A stretch of DNA of 62,397 bases, taken from assembly GCA_016933215.1 (NCBI GenBank), contig JAFGBH010000047.1, positions 1-62,397 on the forward strand, in the 5' to 3' direction. This stretch comes from Deltaproteobacteria bacterium. GTDB lineage: Bacteria > Desulfobacterota > Syntrophia > Syntrophales > UBA2210. The notes below the pieces were generated by a model. The model did no database searches. It had not been told where the DNA came from and was given only the letters and a program-made list of their open reading frames with translations. Shown here in pieces: positions 40,800 to 50,782 of this stretch (positions are counted from its first letter, which is position 1; each line of letters opens with the position of its first letter). Both the position numbers and the translations under genes were made by a program.

Positions 40800-41867
40800 A
40801 TGTTTTTAAAAAAAGACATTTTTTCAATCGAAAAAAATATAATCGGGATTGATATAGGCTCAAGTCTTATTAAACTCGTCGATTTAGAGGATACACCTCA
40901 GGGGTATGTCCTTCAGGGTTTCGCCCAGATTCCCCTTGAAAAGGGCGTCATAGAAGACGGTCAGGTGGTAGACCCGGGTGCCCTCACAAATACAATTAAA
41001 GATCTTGCAAAACTTACAAAGATTACCACGAAGAATGTTGCCACAGCCCTTTCCGGGCATTTTGCAATCGTAAAAAAAGCAAGCTTCCGGGCCATGGAGG
41101 AAGACGGATTACGTGATCTGATCATGGATGAGGCGGATGAATACCTTCCTTTTGATGATATAGGGAAGGTCAACTTTGACCTTCATGTTTTGGGCGAGAA
41201 CGCCCTCAACACGGAACAGATTGACGTTATTATTGCGGCGGCTGAAAAGAAGATCATCAAGAGTTATACCTCTCCTATCGAGAAGGCAGGATACAGCGTG
41301 GTTATTGTGGATGTGGATTCCTTTGCCCTGGAGACGGCCTACGAGGAGAATTACGACTTTGACGACGAAGATGTAGTGGTGCTGGTCAATATCGGCGCCA
41401 GCATGACAAATATAAATGTTGCAAGAGGCGGCGGGTCGGTTTTTACGAGAAATATTATGCTCGGGGGTAATGCCATTACAGAGGCCCTGAAAGAGAAGCT
41501 GGGAGTCACCTTTGAGGAGGCGGAGAAGATAAAAATTGAAGGAATCTCCGAGGGTTCCGATGTAAGCGAGGATCTCCTCTTGTATGCGGAACCTATTTTT
41601 ATGGAGATAGAACGCTCGATTGACTTCTTTATCTCTTCTCTGGGTGGATTAAGCATACAGAAGCTTCTCGTGAGTGGTGGCTGTGCCAAAATAAAGGGTC
41701 TTGTTGATGTCTTGAGGGACAGGCTGCGTCTTGATGTGGAGACCATGAATCCCTTTGAAAAGATCTCGTATAATGAGAAAACCTTCAGCTCATCATATAT
41801 AGAAAGTATAGGACCCACCGCTGCTCTGGCAGTCGGTTTGGCCCTAAGGAGAATGGATGACAAATGA
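40800..41867 (+). CDS. pilM: type IV pilus assembly protein PilM
   Basis: IGIDIGSS, VNIGA, VSGGCA, AVGLALR. Confidence 0.95.
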   Translation: MFLKKDIFSIEKNIIGIDIGSSLIKLVDLEDTPQGYVLQGFAQIPLEKGVIEDGQVVDPGALTNTIKDLAKLTKITTKNVATALSGHFAIVKKASFRAMEEDGLRDLIMDEADEYLPFDDIGKVNFDLHVLGENALNTEQIDVIIAAAEKKIIKSYTSPIEKAGYSVVIVDVDSFALETAYEENYDFDDEDVVVLVNIGASMTNINVARGGGSVFTRNIMLGGNAITEALKEKLGVTFEEAEKIKIEGISEGSDVSEDLLLYAEPIFMEIERSIDFFISSLGGLSIQKLLVSGGCAKIKGLVDVLRDRLRLDVETMNPFEKISYNEKTFSSSYIESIGPTAALAVGLALRRMDDK

Positions 41868-42409
41868 TCAGGATTAACCTTCTCCCCTATCGTGAAATGA
41901 GAAGAAAGGCGGAAATCAGACGCCAGATAACCGTCGTCGTGTCTTCCGTTCTGATATTTTTCTTCATAATCGGTTCTCTTCAGCTCTATATGTCGCTGAG
42001 TATCAGGAACCTTGAAAGGGAGGTGAAAGCTGCCGAGGAGAAATTGAAGGTCCTGGTAGCACTCACGGGTGATATCGACAAATTCAGACAAGACAAGGAA
42101 TTGATGGAAAAGAAGATAGCGATTATAGAAAATCTTGAAAAAAACAGAAAAGATCCCATACAAATCCTTGATGAACTTGCACAGGGGCTCCCTGCCGGGC
42201 AGATATGGCTTGTCAGGCTTGAGAAAAATGGCAATATCCTTAAATTAGAGGGTGTGGCCGTCAATAATCCCGCTATAGCCCTTTTTATGAAAACCCTGGA
42301 GGAGTCTCCTGCGATCGAATCGGTCGATCTGGTTTCATCGAGACAGACAACTATCGCAGATTCCAAGCTTATGAGTTTTGTCTTGTCCTGTACGTTGGGA
42401 AAGGGATAG
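41864..42409 (+). CDS. pilN: type IV pilus assembly protein PilN
   Basis: MIRINLLPYRE. Confidence 0.95.
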   Translation: MIRINLLPYREMRRKAEIRRQITVVVSSVLIFFFIIGSLQLYMSLSIRNLEREVKAAEEKLKVLVALTGDIDKFRQDKELMEKKIAIIENLEKNRKDPIQILDELAQGLPAGQIWLVRLEKNGNILKLEGVAVNNPAIALFMKTLEESPAIESVDLVSSRQTTIADSKLMSFVLSCTLGKG

Positions 42410-42412
42410 AAG

Positions 42413-43015
42413 ATGGCGCTTACGCTGGATGACATACAAAAGATACCAAACAGATATAAAATTCTTATCGGTCTCGCGGTCTTTCTGCTGCTTGGCTACC
42501 TGTATTTTTTCTTCTTTTTCCAGCCGGCGCTCGATAAGAGGGCTTCGCTGGGAGAAAACCTGGAAACCCTTGAGTTTCAGATTGCACGAAGGCAGGTAAT
42601 CGCCAAGCAGATAGAGAAGCATAAACAGGAGATAGCAAAGCTCAGGGAAAATCTAAAATTCGCCCTTGCCAAGCTGCCTGAAGAGAAGGAAATTCCCGGT
42701 CTCCTTACATCTGTTTCTGAGTTGGGAAAGAAGGCGGGGCTGGAATTTATTCTCTTCGAACCCAATGCCGTCGTATCGCGGGAATTCTACGCAGAGATAC
42801 CGGTTAAAATAATTGTTAACGGCACGTTCCATGATACGGCGCTCTTTTTTGATAGTGTGACAAGTTTGCCACGTATTACCAATGTAACCAATATCAATAT
42901 GAAAAGATCAACGGCGGGCGGCACGGAAGAGAATATACTTACCACGGAATGTTTCATAAAAATTTATATGTTCCTGGAAATGTCAAATGAAACGGAAGCG
43001 GCAAAAAAAGGTTAG
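42413..43015 (+). CDS. pilO: type IV pilus assembly protein PilO
   Basis: LPEEKEIPGLL, FYAEIP, LPRI. Confidence 0.95.
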   Translation: MALTLDDIQKIPNRYKILIGLAVFLLLGYLYFFFFFQPALDKRASLGENLETLEFQIARRQVIAKQIEKHKQEIAKLRENLKFALAKLPEEKEIPGLLTSVSELGKKAGLEFILFEPNAVVSREFYAEIPVKIIVNGTFHDTALFFDSVTSLPRITNVTNINMKRSTAGGTEENILTTECFIKIYMFLEMSNETEAAKKG

Positions 43016-43517
43016 CAATAGCACCATTATTTTTGTAACGTCCCTTTTTCTTTTTATGGGGATTTGCCCCATGACGTCTCAGGTCTTCGGGGAAGAACAA
43101 GGGGTGACGGGAACGTACGTTTACGATCCGACGGGGAAACCAGATCCCTTTATGCCCTTCATTAAGACGGCCCCGAAGAAGCCGGTGACGCAGAAGATGG
43201 TCGAAAGGGGAGAAGGCGGTCAAGTCGTTGAAAAACCTGTGTTCCTCCCGCCGCTGCAGAGAGTTGATATTGGGCTCTTCAAGCTTGTCGGTATCGGTGA
43301 GCGGGGGGGAAGCCGGATTGCCATGATGGAGGGATCGGACGGAAAATTTTTTGTCCTTCAACGAGGAACGCGTATCGGATTGAATGAGGGAAGGGTAACG
43401 CAGATACTTCCCGATCAGGTTATTATAATGGAAACGATAAAGGACGCCTTCGGTAAAAGCGTTTCAAACCGTGTAATTTTAAGGCTTCAAAGGGGTGAAG
43501 ATGAGGGAGAGCTATGA
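42987..43517 (+). CDS. pilP: type IV pilus assembly protein PilP
   Basis: YDPTGKPDPF, PLQ, KLVGI, IGLNEG. Confidence 0.9.
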   Translation: MKRKRQKKVSNSTIIFVTSLFLFMGICPMTSQVFGEEQGVTGTYVYDPTGKPDPFMPFIKTAPKKPVTQKMVERGEGGQVVEKPVFLPPLQRVDIGLFKLVGIGERGGSRIAMMEGSDGKFFVLQRGTRIGLNEGRVTQILPDQVIIMETIKDAFGKSVSNRVILRLQRGEDEGEL

Positions 43518-45217
43518 GATCAACTAAGACACTAATGGTAGTCGTTTCTTTCTTAAGCTTTCTTGTCTTTTTCGGCTGTGCTGCACAGGATAGTCTTTTT
43601 AAGGCACCAGGCCTAGAGCAAAAGCCGGAGGCAGTTGCGAAAGCAGGGGTTGAGGAAGGCACGAGCGTAACGGAAGCGGCAGAAACGCCGGAGATGGCTT
43701 ACATCAAAGATATCCTGCTCGAGGCCGTTAAAGGGAAAGAACGTCTGAGCATTATGCTTTCGGAGGTTCCCGAATTTTCGATTTCCAGGCAGCCCGACAA
43801 CACCCTCCTTATAAGACTGGAAAACACCTTCCTCCCCGATGATTTCAGGGGAAGACACAGCGAGGCCGAGCTTCAGAACCTGAAATATATAGTGCTCTCT
43901 CAGGTATCGGAAGGAGAAACCCGGGAGGTTCATCTGTCGGTAAGCCTCAATGAGATGGTTCCCTACAGGGTCAGCAGGGATGAAACAAGAATCGATGTAA
44001 ATTTTGATGTCGTTGCCCTTGCCTCTCCGTCACCAAAAACTCCTCCCGCAGGCGCCGTGGCCGTGGCTCCTCCGATACGGCCTCCCGAAAAGGTAGAGGA
44101 CATCGTAAATGAAAAGGAGCCGGCAGGTGCCGGTGAGATCGTCAAGTATACGGGGGAAGAGATCTCTCTCGATTTTCAGGACGCCAATATACGAACGGTC
44201 TTCAGGTTGATATCGGAGGTGAGCGGCTACAATATTGTGGTGAGCCCTGAGGTCAACAAGACGATCACGGTACGGATGGCAAATGTCCCCTGGGATCAGG
44301 CGCTTGACACCATACTGGAGGTAAACGGGCTGGGAAAGAAAGAGTCGGGTATGGTAATCACCGTTCTCCCCCTCGAGAAATTGAAAAAGGCGGAAAAGGA
44401 TGAACTCGAGAAGGATGTGGCGGAAGGAAAGCTTCAGCAGATTTCCATCGAGGCACGAATCGTCGAGGTCACCTCGACCTTCGCGAGAGACATGGGTGTC
44501 AGGTGGGGCTACGGATATCAGGACGAGTGGAGAAACAGGGACTATGGGGTGATGTTTGGTAATTCCGAGAACGTGGATGGCGCCACCGAAATCGCCTCTC
44601 TTCCCGGTGGGATCGGCCTTACCAGTTCCAACGTGGCCGTGAATTTTCCGTCATCTACCTCGACTGCAGGGCCGGGACTGGGCGTCGTAATGGGGTCGAG
44701 CAAATATATCCTCGATGCGAAGCTCACGGCACTGGAGGATACAGGGGAAGGAAAAATTATATCGTCGCCCAAGGTAACCACTGTTGACAGTGTAAAGGCC
44801 ACCATCAAGCAGGGTGAAGAAATCCCCTATGTCGTGCAGGATGAAGATGGCACGAACTCTGTTGAGTTCAAAGATGCGGCCTTGCTTCTTGAGGTTACTC
44901 CCCGGATTACGCCCGATGGAAAAATTTCCATGGAAGTTCTGGCCAACAACGATTATGCCGACTATACGAGAACCAACACGAGCGGAGAAAATCCGCCCAT
45001 CGTAACGAGCAGTGTCGAGTCGACCATCATTGTCAATGACGGAGACACGATCGTGGTGGGAGGCATACATAAGACGGACAAGATAGAGAGGGTTGACGGT
45101 GTCCCGTGGCTCAGGGATATTCCCTACCTGGGCTGGCTTTTCAAGTACAAGACCAGCAGCGAAAATAAGCGGGAGATACTCATCTTCGTAACGCCTCGGA
45201 TTATAAAGGAAGGATAA
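43514..45217 (+). CDS. pilQ: type IV pilus secretin PilQ
   Basis: YTGEEISLDFQDA, VPWDQALD, IEARIVE, IPYLGWLFK, IFVTPRII. Confidence 0.95.
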   Translation: MRSTKTLMVVVSFLSFLVFFGCAAQDSLFKAPGLEQKPEAVAKAGVEEGTSVTEAAETPEMAYIKDILLEAVKGKERLSIMLSEVPEFSISRQPDNTLLIRLENTFLPDDFRGRHSEAELQNLKYIVLSQVSEGETREVHLSVSLNEMVPYRVSRDETRIDVNFDVVALASPSPKTPPAGAVAVAPPIRPPEKVEDIVNEKEPAGAGEIVKYTGEEISLDFQDANIRTVFRLISEVSGYNIVVSPEVNKTITVRMANVPWDQALDTILEVNGLGKKESGMVITVLPLEKLKKAEKDELEKDVAEGKLQQISIEARIVEVTSTFARDMGVRWGYGYQDEWRNRDYGVMFGNSENVDGATEIASLPGGIGLTSSNVAVNFPSSTSTAGPGLGVVMGSSKYILDAKLTALEDTGEGKIISSPKVTTVDSVKATIKQGEEIPYVVQDEDGTNSVEFKDAALLLEVTPRITPDGKISMEVLANNDYADYTRTNTSGENPPIVTSSVESTIIVNDGDTIVVGGIHKTDKIERVDGVPWLRDIPYLGWLFKYKTSSENKREILIFVTPRIIKEG

Positions 45218-45284
45218 CGAGAGGGTACAAACTCGGAAAATAATAAAACGTTAATACAGACGGTATTAGCGGAGGGACTCCACA

Positions 45285-47411
45285 ATGAAGATACGAGATT
45301 TTAAACGCGGCTTTTTGATATTTCTGATAATTCTCTTTTCCGTTTTTCTCATCTCCTGCGGCACTGGCGACGACGGTGACGAAGGCGGTGACGACGGCAC
45401 GGGCGGCGAGACCGCTCAGGGAGCCAGCCTTTCTATAGCGACATCGCAGGCAACGGTGCAATCGGATAATATCGACAGCGCCGATATAACCGCAACGGTG
45501 CTCGATAAAAACGGCGCCGTGGTAGGGGATGTTCTGGTAACATTTTCAACAAGTGCAGGTTTCTTAAATGCTTCTTCACGGATAACCGATAGCAATGGCG
45601 TTGCGAGTGTAACATTCACATCAGGGACAGACAACAATCAGACGGCCACCATTACGGCTTCTGCGTCGGGTGTTTCTCCCGCCTCAATTCCTATACAGAT
45701 AGTCGGGTCGAAACTGACACTGGCAGTAACGGAAAATAGTATCCCCGATGACGGGTCGGAAACCGCGGAGCTCACCATTACTGCAACAAACGCTGCCGAT
45801 GTCCCCCAATCCGGCGTACCGATAACACTGGCCGCTGCGGGTACGGGAGTGGTTACCCTCTCCGAAACCGATGGTTTAACCAGTTTGACCGGTGTATTCA
45901 CGGTTACCGTAACAGGGACCAGTGCAGGAACCGTCACCGTGACTGCCCAGGGCGCAGGCGACACGAAGTCCGTCGATTTTACCGTCAACTTATCGGGTCA
46001 AATTGTCTTCGGTATCGATGCAGTTCAAGAGGGCGCCGGGCCGTTGGATTCCTCATTTGAGGACCCCTATCCCCTTTCCACGAATACGGACCTCAGGATT
46101 GTGGTCAATGCCCCCGATCCTCCCGGTCCTGCGCAAGTTCTCTTTGCCACCACGGTGGGTGGTTGGGATGGAGGAGCTTCGAAGGTCGTTTTTAAAGGTA
46201 TTGTCGCTGGTCAGGCCGAGGCGGTACTCCGTTCTGCCGATGCCGGTTCTGCAACTGTCGAGGTCTATTACGCGGGTTCGCAACTTCCAAGGGATTCCAT
46301 GACCGTCGCCATTTCACGGCCGGCACTTGATGCGGACAGTGTCGTCCTTCAGGCGAGCGCCGACGTCGTTCAGCCGAGCATCGGGAGTGAGACGAACACC
46401 GTCACCCTGACGGCGACGGTAACGAGTGGCGGTCAGCCTGTCGGTGGTGCCGCGGTGGCCTTTTCGATTGTGAACCCCCTGGGCGGCGGCGAAAGTATAA
46501 GCCCCGTCGTCGCGATAAGCGAGAGTACCGGTGAGGCCATAACCACCTTTGAATCGGGTACGCTGAGCACCGATCAAAATGGCATCACGATACGAGCGAC
46601 CGTTGTCGGTACGGCCATAGAGGATGAAATTGCAATTGAAATTGGCGGCACGGCACTTTCCCTTGCCATAGGCTACGGTACCGTCATCCAATCCAATGAA
46701 TCCAATACCCTCTATCTCTTGCCCATGTCGGTTCTCGTCGCCGACGCGAACGGAAATCCCGTTTCGGGGGCCACGGTGTCCCTCGGACTGTGGCCTACAG
46801 CCTACAGGACAGGCGCCTGGTATGAGACCAGAGTCGGCGAGCAAACGGTGTGGCGCGTCTATACATCGGGGATTTTCCCCAATGAGGATGTCGATAAGGA
46901 CGGTTATCGTGATGATGGCGAGGATATAAATTTGGATAATCAGCTGACACCCCCCAACTCGGCAGGAGGCACGGTTCCCGCTACGGTTATAACAGATGAT
47001 AATGGTACTGCGAATTTCGAACTCGAGTTTTTGAAGACCTCCGCCGTCTGGGTGACCGACAGGATACGGGCGACGACGATGGTCCTCGAAACAGAGACGA
47101 CCTCGTATCTGGAGTTCGGTCTTCCCTTTGAAAAACTGGAAGGCGAGGGACATCTGCTGGGCGATTCTCCCTGGCCCTACTTACTGGTGGCCCCCGCGGG
47201 AGGCACAACCGCTCCGGTCCTCTTCCCCTCTATTGTCGATCCCGATTTTGATACCTATGAGGCCATCTTCGGCGATATAGATACTCTTGATAACACTTAT
47301 ACCTATGATGGTACCGGTACGGTAGCGGGCGACATCGCTTCGGATGAAGTTACCGTGCATTATTATGGATATCCTACCGTTACATTCCCCGTCAGGATCG
47401 TTTTTGAATAA
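45285..47411 (+). CDS. surface lipoprotein with tandem Big_1/invasin-type Ig-like domains
   Basis: lipobox LISC, Thr/Val-rich ITATV..D..G repeats, DVDKDG...GEDINLDNQL Ca-binding-like loops. Confidence 0.85.
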   Translation: MKIRDFKRGFLIFLIILFSVFLISCGTGDDGDEGGDDGTGGETAQGASLSIATSQATVQSDNIDSADITATVLDKNGAVVGDVLVTFSTSAGFLNASSRITDSNGVASVTFTSGTDNNQTATITASASGVSPASIPIQIVGSKLTLAVTENSIPDDGSETAELTITATNAADVPQSGVPITLAAAGTGVVTLSETDGLTSLTGVFTVTVTGTSAGTVTVTAQGAGDTKSVDFTVNLSGQIVFGIDAVQEGAGPLDSSFEDPYPLSTNTDLRIVVNAPDPPGPAQVLFATTVGGWDGGASKVVFKGIVAGQAEAVLRSADAGSATVEVYYAGSQLPRDSMTVAISRPALDADSVVLQASADVVQPSIGSETNTVTLTATVTSGGQPVGGAAVAFSIVNPLGGGESISPVVAISESTGEAITTFESGTLSTDQNGITIRATVVGTAIEDEIAIEIGGTALSLAIGYGTVIQSNESNTLYLLPMSVLVADANGNPVSGATVSLGLWPTAYRTGAWYETRVGEQTVWRVYTSGIFPNEDVDKDGYRDDGEDINLDNQLTPPNSAGGTVPATVITDDNGTANFELEFLKTSAVWVTDRIRATTMVLETETTSYLEFGLPFEKLEGEGHLLGDSPWPYLLVAPAGGTTAPVLFPSIVDPDFDTYEAIFGDIDTLDNTYTYDGTGTVAGDIASDEVTVHYYGYPTVTFPVRIVFE

Positions 47412-47460
47412 TGTGCTGGTGAGTCCTATCATGTAAGATTATCAGGACACAGAAAAATGA

Positions 47461-47497
47461 AGGGGAGATACTTTGATGGTATCTCCCCTCTTTTTTA
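47461..47497. terminator. intrinsic terminator between convergent operons
   Basis: AGGGGAGATAC-7 nt-GTATCTCCCCT followed by a T-tract. Confidence 0.85.
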
Positions 47498-47514
47498 TTT
47501 ATTCAAGAAAGTAC

Positions 47515-47844
47515 TCAGGCGGAATAGTCCGCTCGTACCGTTGTATAAAGACCACCCCGAACGTTGAATGTACCCGTCACCGTCACCTTCTTGGGGTGCA
47601 CCGTGGTAACGAAATCGTCAAGAATCCGGTTGACCGCTTCTTCGTGAAAGATCCCCTTCTCCCGGTAGGCGTTGAGATAGAGCTTCAGCGATTTCAACTC
47701 CACGAGAAGCGCGTCAGGCACATAGGTAATAATAATCTCGGCAAAATCGGGCTGTGATGTCATCGGGCAGAGACAGGTGAATTCGGGAAATCGAATGTCG
47801 ACCTCGTAATCACGCGCTCTGAAGTTGTTTTCTATCGTTTCCAT
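47515..47844 (-). CDS. queF: preQ0 (7-cyano-7-deazaguanine) reductase, short unimodular type
   Basis: PEFTCLCP..QPDF, ELKSLKLY, HE, RGG. Confidence 0.93.
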   Translation of the reverse strand: METIENNFRARDYEVDIRFPEFTCLCPMTSQPDFAEIIITYVPDALLVELKSLKLYLNAYREKGIFHEEAVNRILDDFVTTVHPKKVTVTGTFNVRGGLYTTVRADYSA

Positions 47845-48442
47845 AGGCCTTTACTAACAGATAACAGAAGGGCGTGTCAAGAAGCGCAATCCCCACCTTG
47901 ACGAGATACTGACTCACAATCATCACCGCGATTGTTTTCATGGGGTAGGTTCCCGCGAAGGCTATTCCGATAAAGAGGACCGAATCGATGAGCTGGGAGA
48001 CAACCGTGGAGAGGTTATTCCTGAGCCAGAGATATTTGCCCTCCGTTTTTTTCTTCAACCAGTGAAAGGCCCAGACATCATGATTCTGGGAGATGAGGTA
48101 GGCGATCATCGATGCGAGGACGATTCTCGGTGTGGAGCCGAGGATGGTCTCGTAGGCCCCCTGATGCTGCCAGAAGGGAGCGGGGGGAAGCAGTTTCCCT
48201 ATAAAGAGTACTGCCACCATGACGATCGACATATAAAATCCCGTCATGACGAGGGTCCGGGCGCTTTCTCTCCCCTCGATTTCCGAAACCACATCGGTGA
48301 AGAGAAAGGTGAGCGGATAGAGGATTATCGCCGCGGGGAGTATGAGACCTCCGATGACAACGATTTTTGTGGCCATGATATTGGCCAGAAGAAGAGAGGT
48401 CACAAAGAGGTATTTGATAAAACGAATATTTGCTACAACCAT
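47810..48442 (-). CDS. queuosine precursor transporter (YhhQ/VUT family)
   Basis: YPLTFLFTDVVSE, PRIVLAS, WLRNNLST, DTPF. Confidence 0.9.
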   Translation of the reverse strand: MVVANIRFIKYLFVTSLLLANIMATKIVVIGGLILPAAIILYPLTFLFTDVVSEIEGRESARTLVMTGFYMSIVMVAVLFIGKLLPPAPFWQHQGAYETILGSTPRIVLASMIAYLISQNHDVWAFHWLKKKTEGKYLWLRNNLSTVVSQLIDSVLFIGIAFAGTYPMKTIAVMIVSQYLVKVGIALLDTPFCYLLVKAYGNDRKQLQSA

Positions 48443-48583
48443 GGCAATTTCTTATTGAAAGTTCTCCGTAAATAGGGTTACATGCAATATCATTGAAAGG
48501 AGAGGTGAGTCAATCGATTTTTTGGCTTATTCCATCGGTGATACCCGAAACAGATAACATTAGTCGCTTCAGGTTTTTTTATT

Positions 48584-49222
48584 ATGGACTCTGAATATCT
48601 AAAGGAAAGAGAGGCGTTTCTTTACCGCGCCTACACCATGTTGGACAAGGGGGACTTTAAAGAGGCCCTTTCTCTTGCCGAAGGAAGGATTCACCGTTAC
48701 CCGGGCGACGTTGATGCGTGGCTCCTTATTGCCGCTTCCTCGGTCAGTATGGGGAGGCTCAGGGAGGCGGAGAGGATTCTCCGGGAATTGAATCATATAC
48801 TTCCGGGGTGGCCCCACGTCCTGGAATGTCTCGGTGATGTGCTGCGGAGAATGGGGATGACCGGGGAAGCAATGGATTACTACAAAAGCGCCCGTACACT
48901 CGACCCGCCGATGACGGAGCGTATTGCTGAAAAGATCGCGTCAATTGAGGCGGGAAGAGAAGATGATGAGGCCGAGACAGAGGAAATTTCCGCAGATTTT
49001 CAGACAGTGACGCTGGCGGACATGTATCTCAAGCAGGGAGATCAAAAGAAGGCAATTGCTGTTCTCAAGAAGATTCTTGAGAGGGATCCCGAAAACGAGG
49101 AAGCACAAAAGCGATTGAAGGTATCCGATTTCCTCCGCGATGACAACCCGAAGACCGAAGTGGTGGGCGAACTGGATCGGTGGCTGCAAAAGCTCAGGAT
49201 TGGAAAGCGTAAGGATGGGTAA
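48584..49222 (+). CDS. tetratricopeptide repeat protein
   Basis: TPR-like helices; TVTLADMYLKQG motif. Confidence 0.8.
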   Translation: MDSEYLKEREAFLYRAYTMLDKGDFKEALSLAEGRIHRYPGDVDAWLLIAASSVSMGRLREAERILRELNHILPGWPHVLECLGDVLRRMGMTGEAMDYYKSARTLDPPMTERIAEKIASIEAGREDDEAETEEISADFQTVTLADMYLKQGDQKKAIAVLKKILERDPENEEAQKRLKVSDFLRDDNPKTEVVGELDRWLQKLRIGKRKDG

Positions 49223-50297
49223 TCTCTCGAAAGAGGAGAAACGGGTTGGCCGTATTCAGGGAGAACTCCTACGTTTTGACGTTGAGGGAATCCTCTTCTT
49301 CGATATGGCAAATATACGGTATCTGACCGGTTTTACGGGAAGTGAAGGGGCCCTTTTTGTCGGGAAGGGCGAACCGGTTCTCCTTATCGACGGCAGGTAT
49401 GTCACGCAGGCAAAAAGAGAGACAAATGCCTGCGAGATTCTCCACTTTACCGACAAGACGGAGGGTATAGCGAGGCTTCTTGCAACCTCGAACGTTAAGG
49501 TGGCCGGCTTTGAATCCCAGGCCCTTACCTATGATGCCTACGAGAAACTGCAAAGAGAGACCGAAGGGATTTCCCTCAAACCGCTATCGGACGAGATAGG
49601 CCCGTTACGCGCCAGAAAAGATTCGGATGAGATTGTCCTTCTGAGGGAAGCAGCGAAAATCGCCGCCCGGGCTCTTACGGCAACCCTGGAAATAGTAACG
49701 CCCGGAGTCTCGGAACGGAGCATCGCCACCCTCCTTGAGGTGACTATGAGAGAGGCGGGGAGCGAGAAGCCCTCCTTTGAAACGATTGTGGCCGCCGGCG
49801 AAAATTCCTCGATGCCCCACGCGAGACCCGGCGGGAGTGAATTAAAAAATGGAGATTTTGTTGTCATAGACTATGGGGCAGTGTATGGGGGATATCACTC
49901 CGACGAGACCTGCACCTATGCAATAGGCAAAACATCCCGCGATCAGGAAGAGGTCTACGAAATAGTGAAGTATGCCCACGATCGTGCCATAGATGCCGTG
50001 AAGGCAGGGGTATCCTGTAAGGATATAGACGGTATTGCCAGAAACTATATAGAAGATAAGGGTCTTGGTTCTCATTTTTCTCACGGTACGGGCCACGGCG
50101 TCGGCCTTGAAGTTCATGAAGCCCCCACGGTCTCAGCAAGGAGCACGGACTACCTGGAAGAGGGGATGATAATTACGGTGGAGCCCGGCATCTATATTCC
50201 CGGCAAATGGGGCGTGAGAATTGAGGACACTGTCCTTGTTGAGAGGGATGGCTGTGAGATTATAACAAGGATGCCAAAGGAACTTGCCGTCCTGTAG
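49215..50297 (+). CDS. Xaa-Pro peptidase (M24)
   Basis: YLTGFTGS, PH, YHSD, HGTGHGVGLEVHE, EPGIY, GVRIED. Confidence 0.93.
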   Translation: MGNLSKEEKRVGRIQGELLRFDVEGILFFDMANIRYLTGFTGSEGALFVGKGEPVLLIDGRYVTQAKRETNACEILHFTDKTEGIARLLATSNVKVAGFESQALTYDAYEKLQRETEGISLKPLSDEIGPLRARKDSDEIVLLREAAKIAARALTATLEIVTPGVSERSIATLLEVTMREAGSEKPSFETIVAAGENSSMPHARPGGSELKNGDFVVIDYGAVYGGYHSDETCTYAIGKTSRDQEEVYEIVKYAHDRAIDAVKAGVSCKDIDGIARNYIEDKGLGSHFSHGTGHGVGLEVHEAPTVSARSTDYLEEGMIITVEPGIYIPGKWGVRIEDTVLVERDGCEIITRMPKELAVL

Positions 50298-50377
50298 GTA
50301 GAGATACTGCAGTGCGCATTGAGAAAAAGTATAACAAGAAAAAATACTCAAGGGAATAGGAGGAGGACAGTCAAGCC

Positions 50378-50776
50378 ATGTCGACCTTTCCTGATGATCT
50401 CCTTTTCACGCGTGAACATACATGGGTGAGGGTTGATGATAATATTGCAACGATAGGAATAACCGATTATGCCCAGGATGCGATGGGAGATATACTGTCA
50501 GTAAAACTTTCCGATAACGACTCGTCAGTCGAACAGGATGAGAGCTTCGGGTTTATTGAGTCTGCAAAAACGACGATGGAACTCATATCCCCCATAAGCG
50601 GTGAGATAATAAAAATCAATGAAGATATCACCGATGATTTGGGGATCTTGAACAGCGACCCCTATGATACGGGCTGGCTGATTATTGTCAATGTTAAGGA
50701 CTTGAGTGAGCTTGACAATCTCCTTGATTCCTATGAATATTCCGACTATGTTGAGGAAGAGGTGGAGGTCGAGTGA
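50378..50776 (+). CDS. gcvH: glycine cleavage H-like lipoyl carrier protein
   Basis: HTW, GITDYAQ, IESAK lipoyl-Lys, NSDPY..GW. Confidence 0.9.
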   Translation: MSTFPDDLLFTREHTWVRVDDNIATIGITDYAQDAMGDILSVKLSDNDSSVEQDESFGFIESAKTTMELISPISGEIIKINEDITDDLGILNSDPYDTGWLIIVNVKDLSELDNLLDSYEYSDYVEEEVEVE

Positions 50777-50782
50777 CATCCT

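Noticed and set aside
33127-43015. In-frame TAG junctions rbfA-nrnA, nrnA-truB and pilN-pilO as readthrough fusions
   Set aside because: Each has a 1-in-3 chance of being in frame, several other TAG junctions are out of frame, and the downstream genes have their own starts
48443-48583. preQ1 riboswitch upstream of yhhQ-queF
   Set aside because: No preQ1-I stem with A-rich tail is visible on the minus strand
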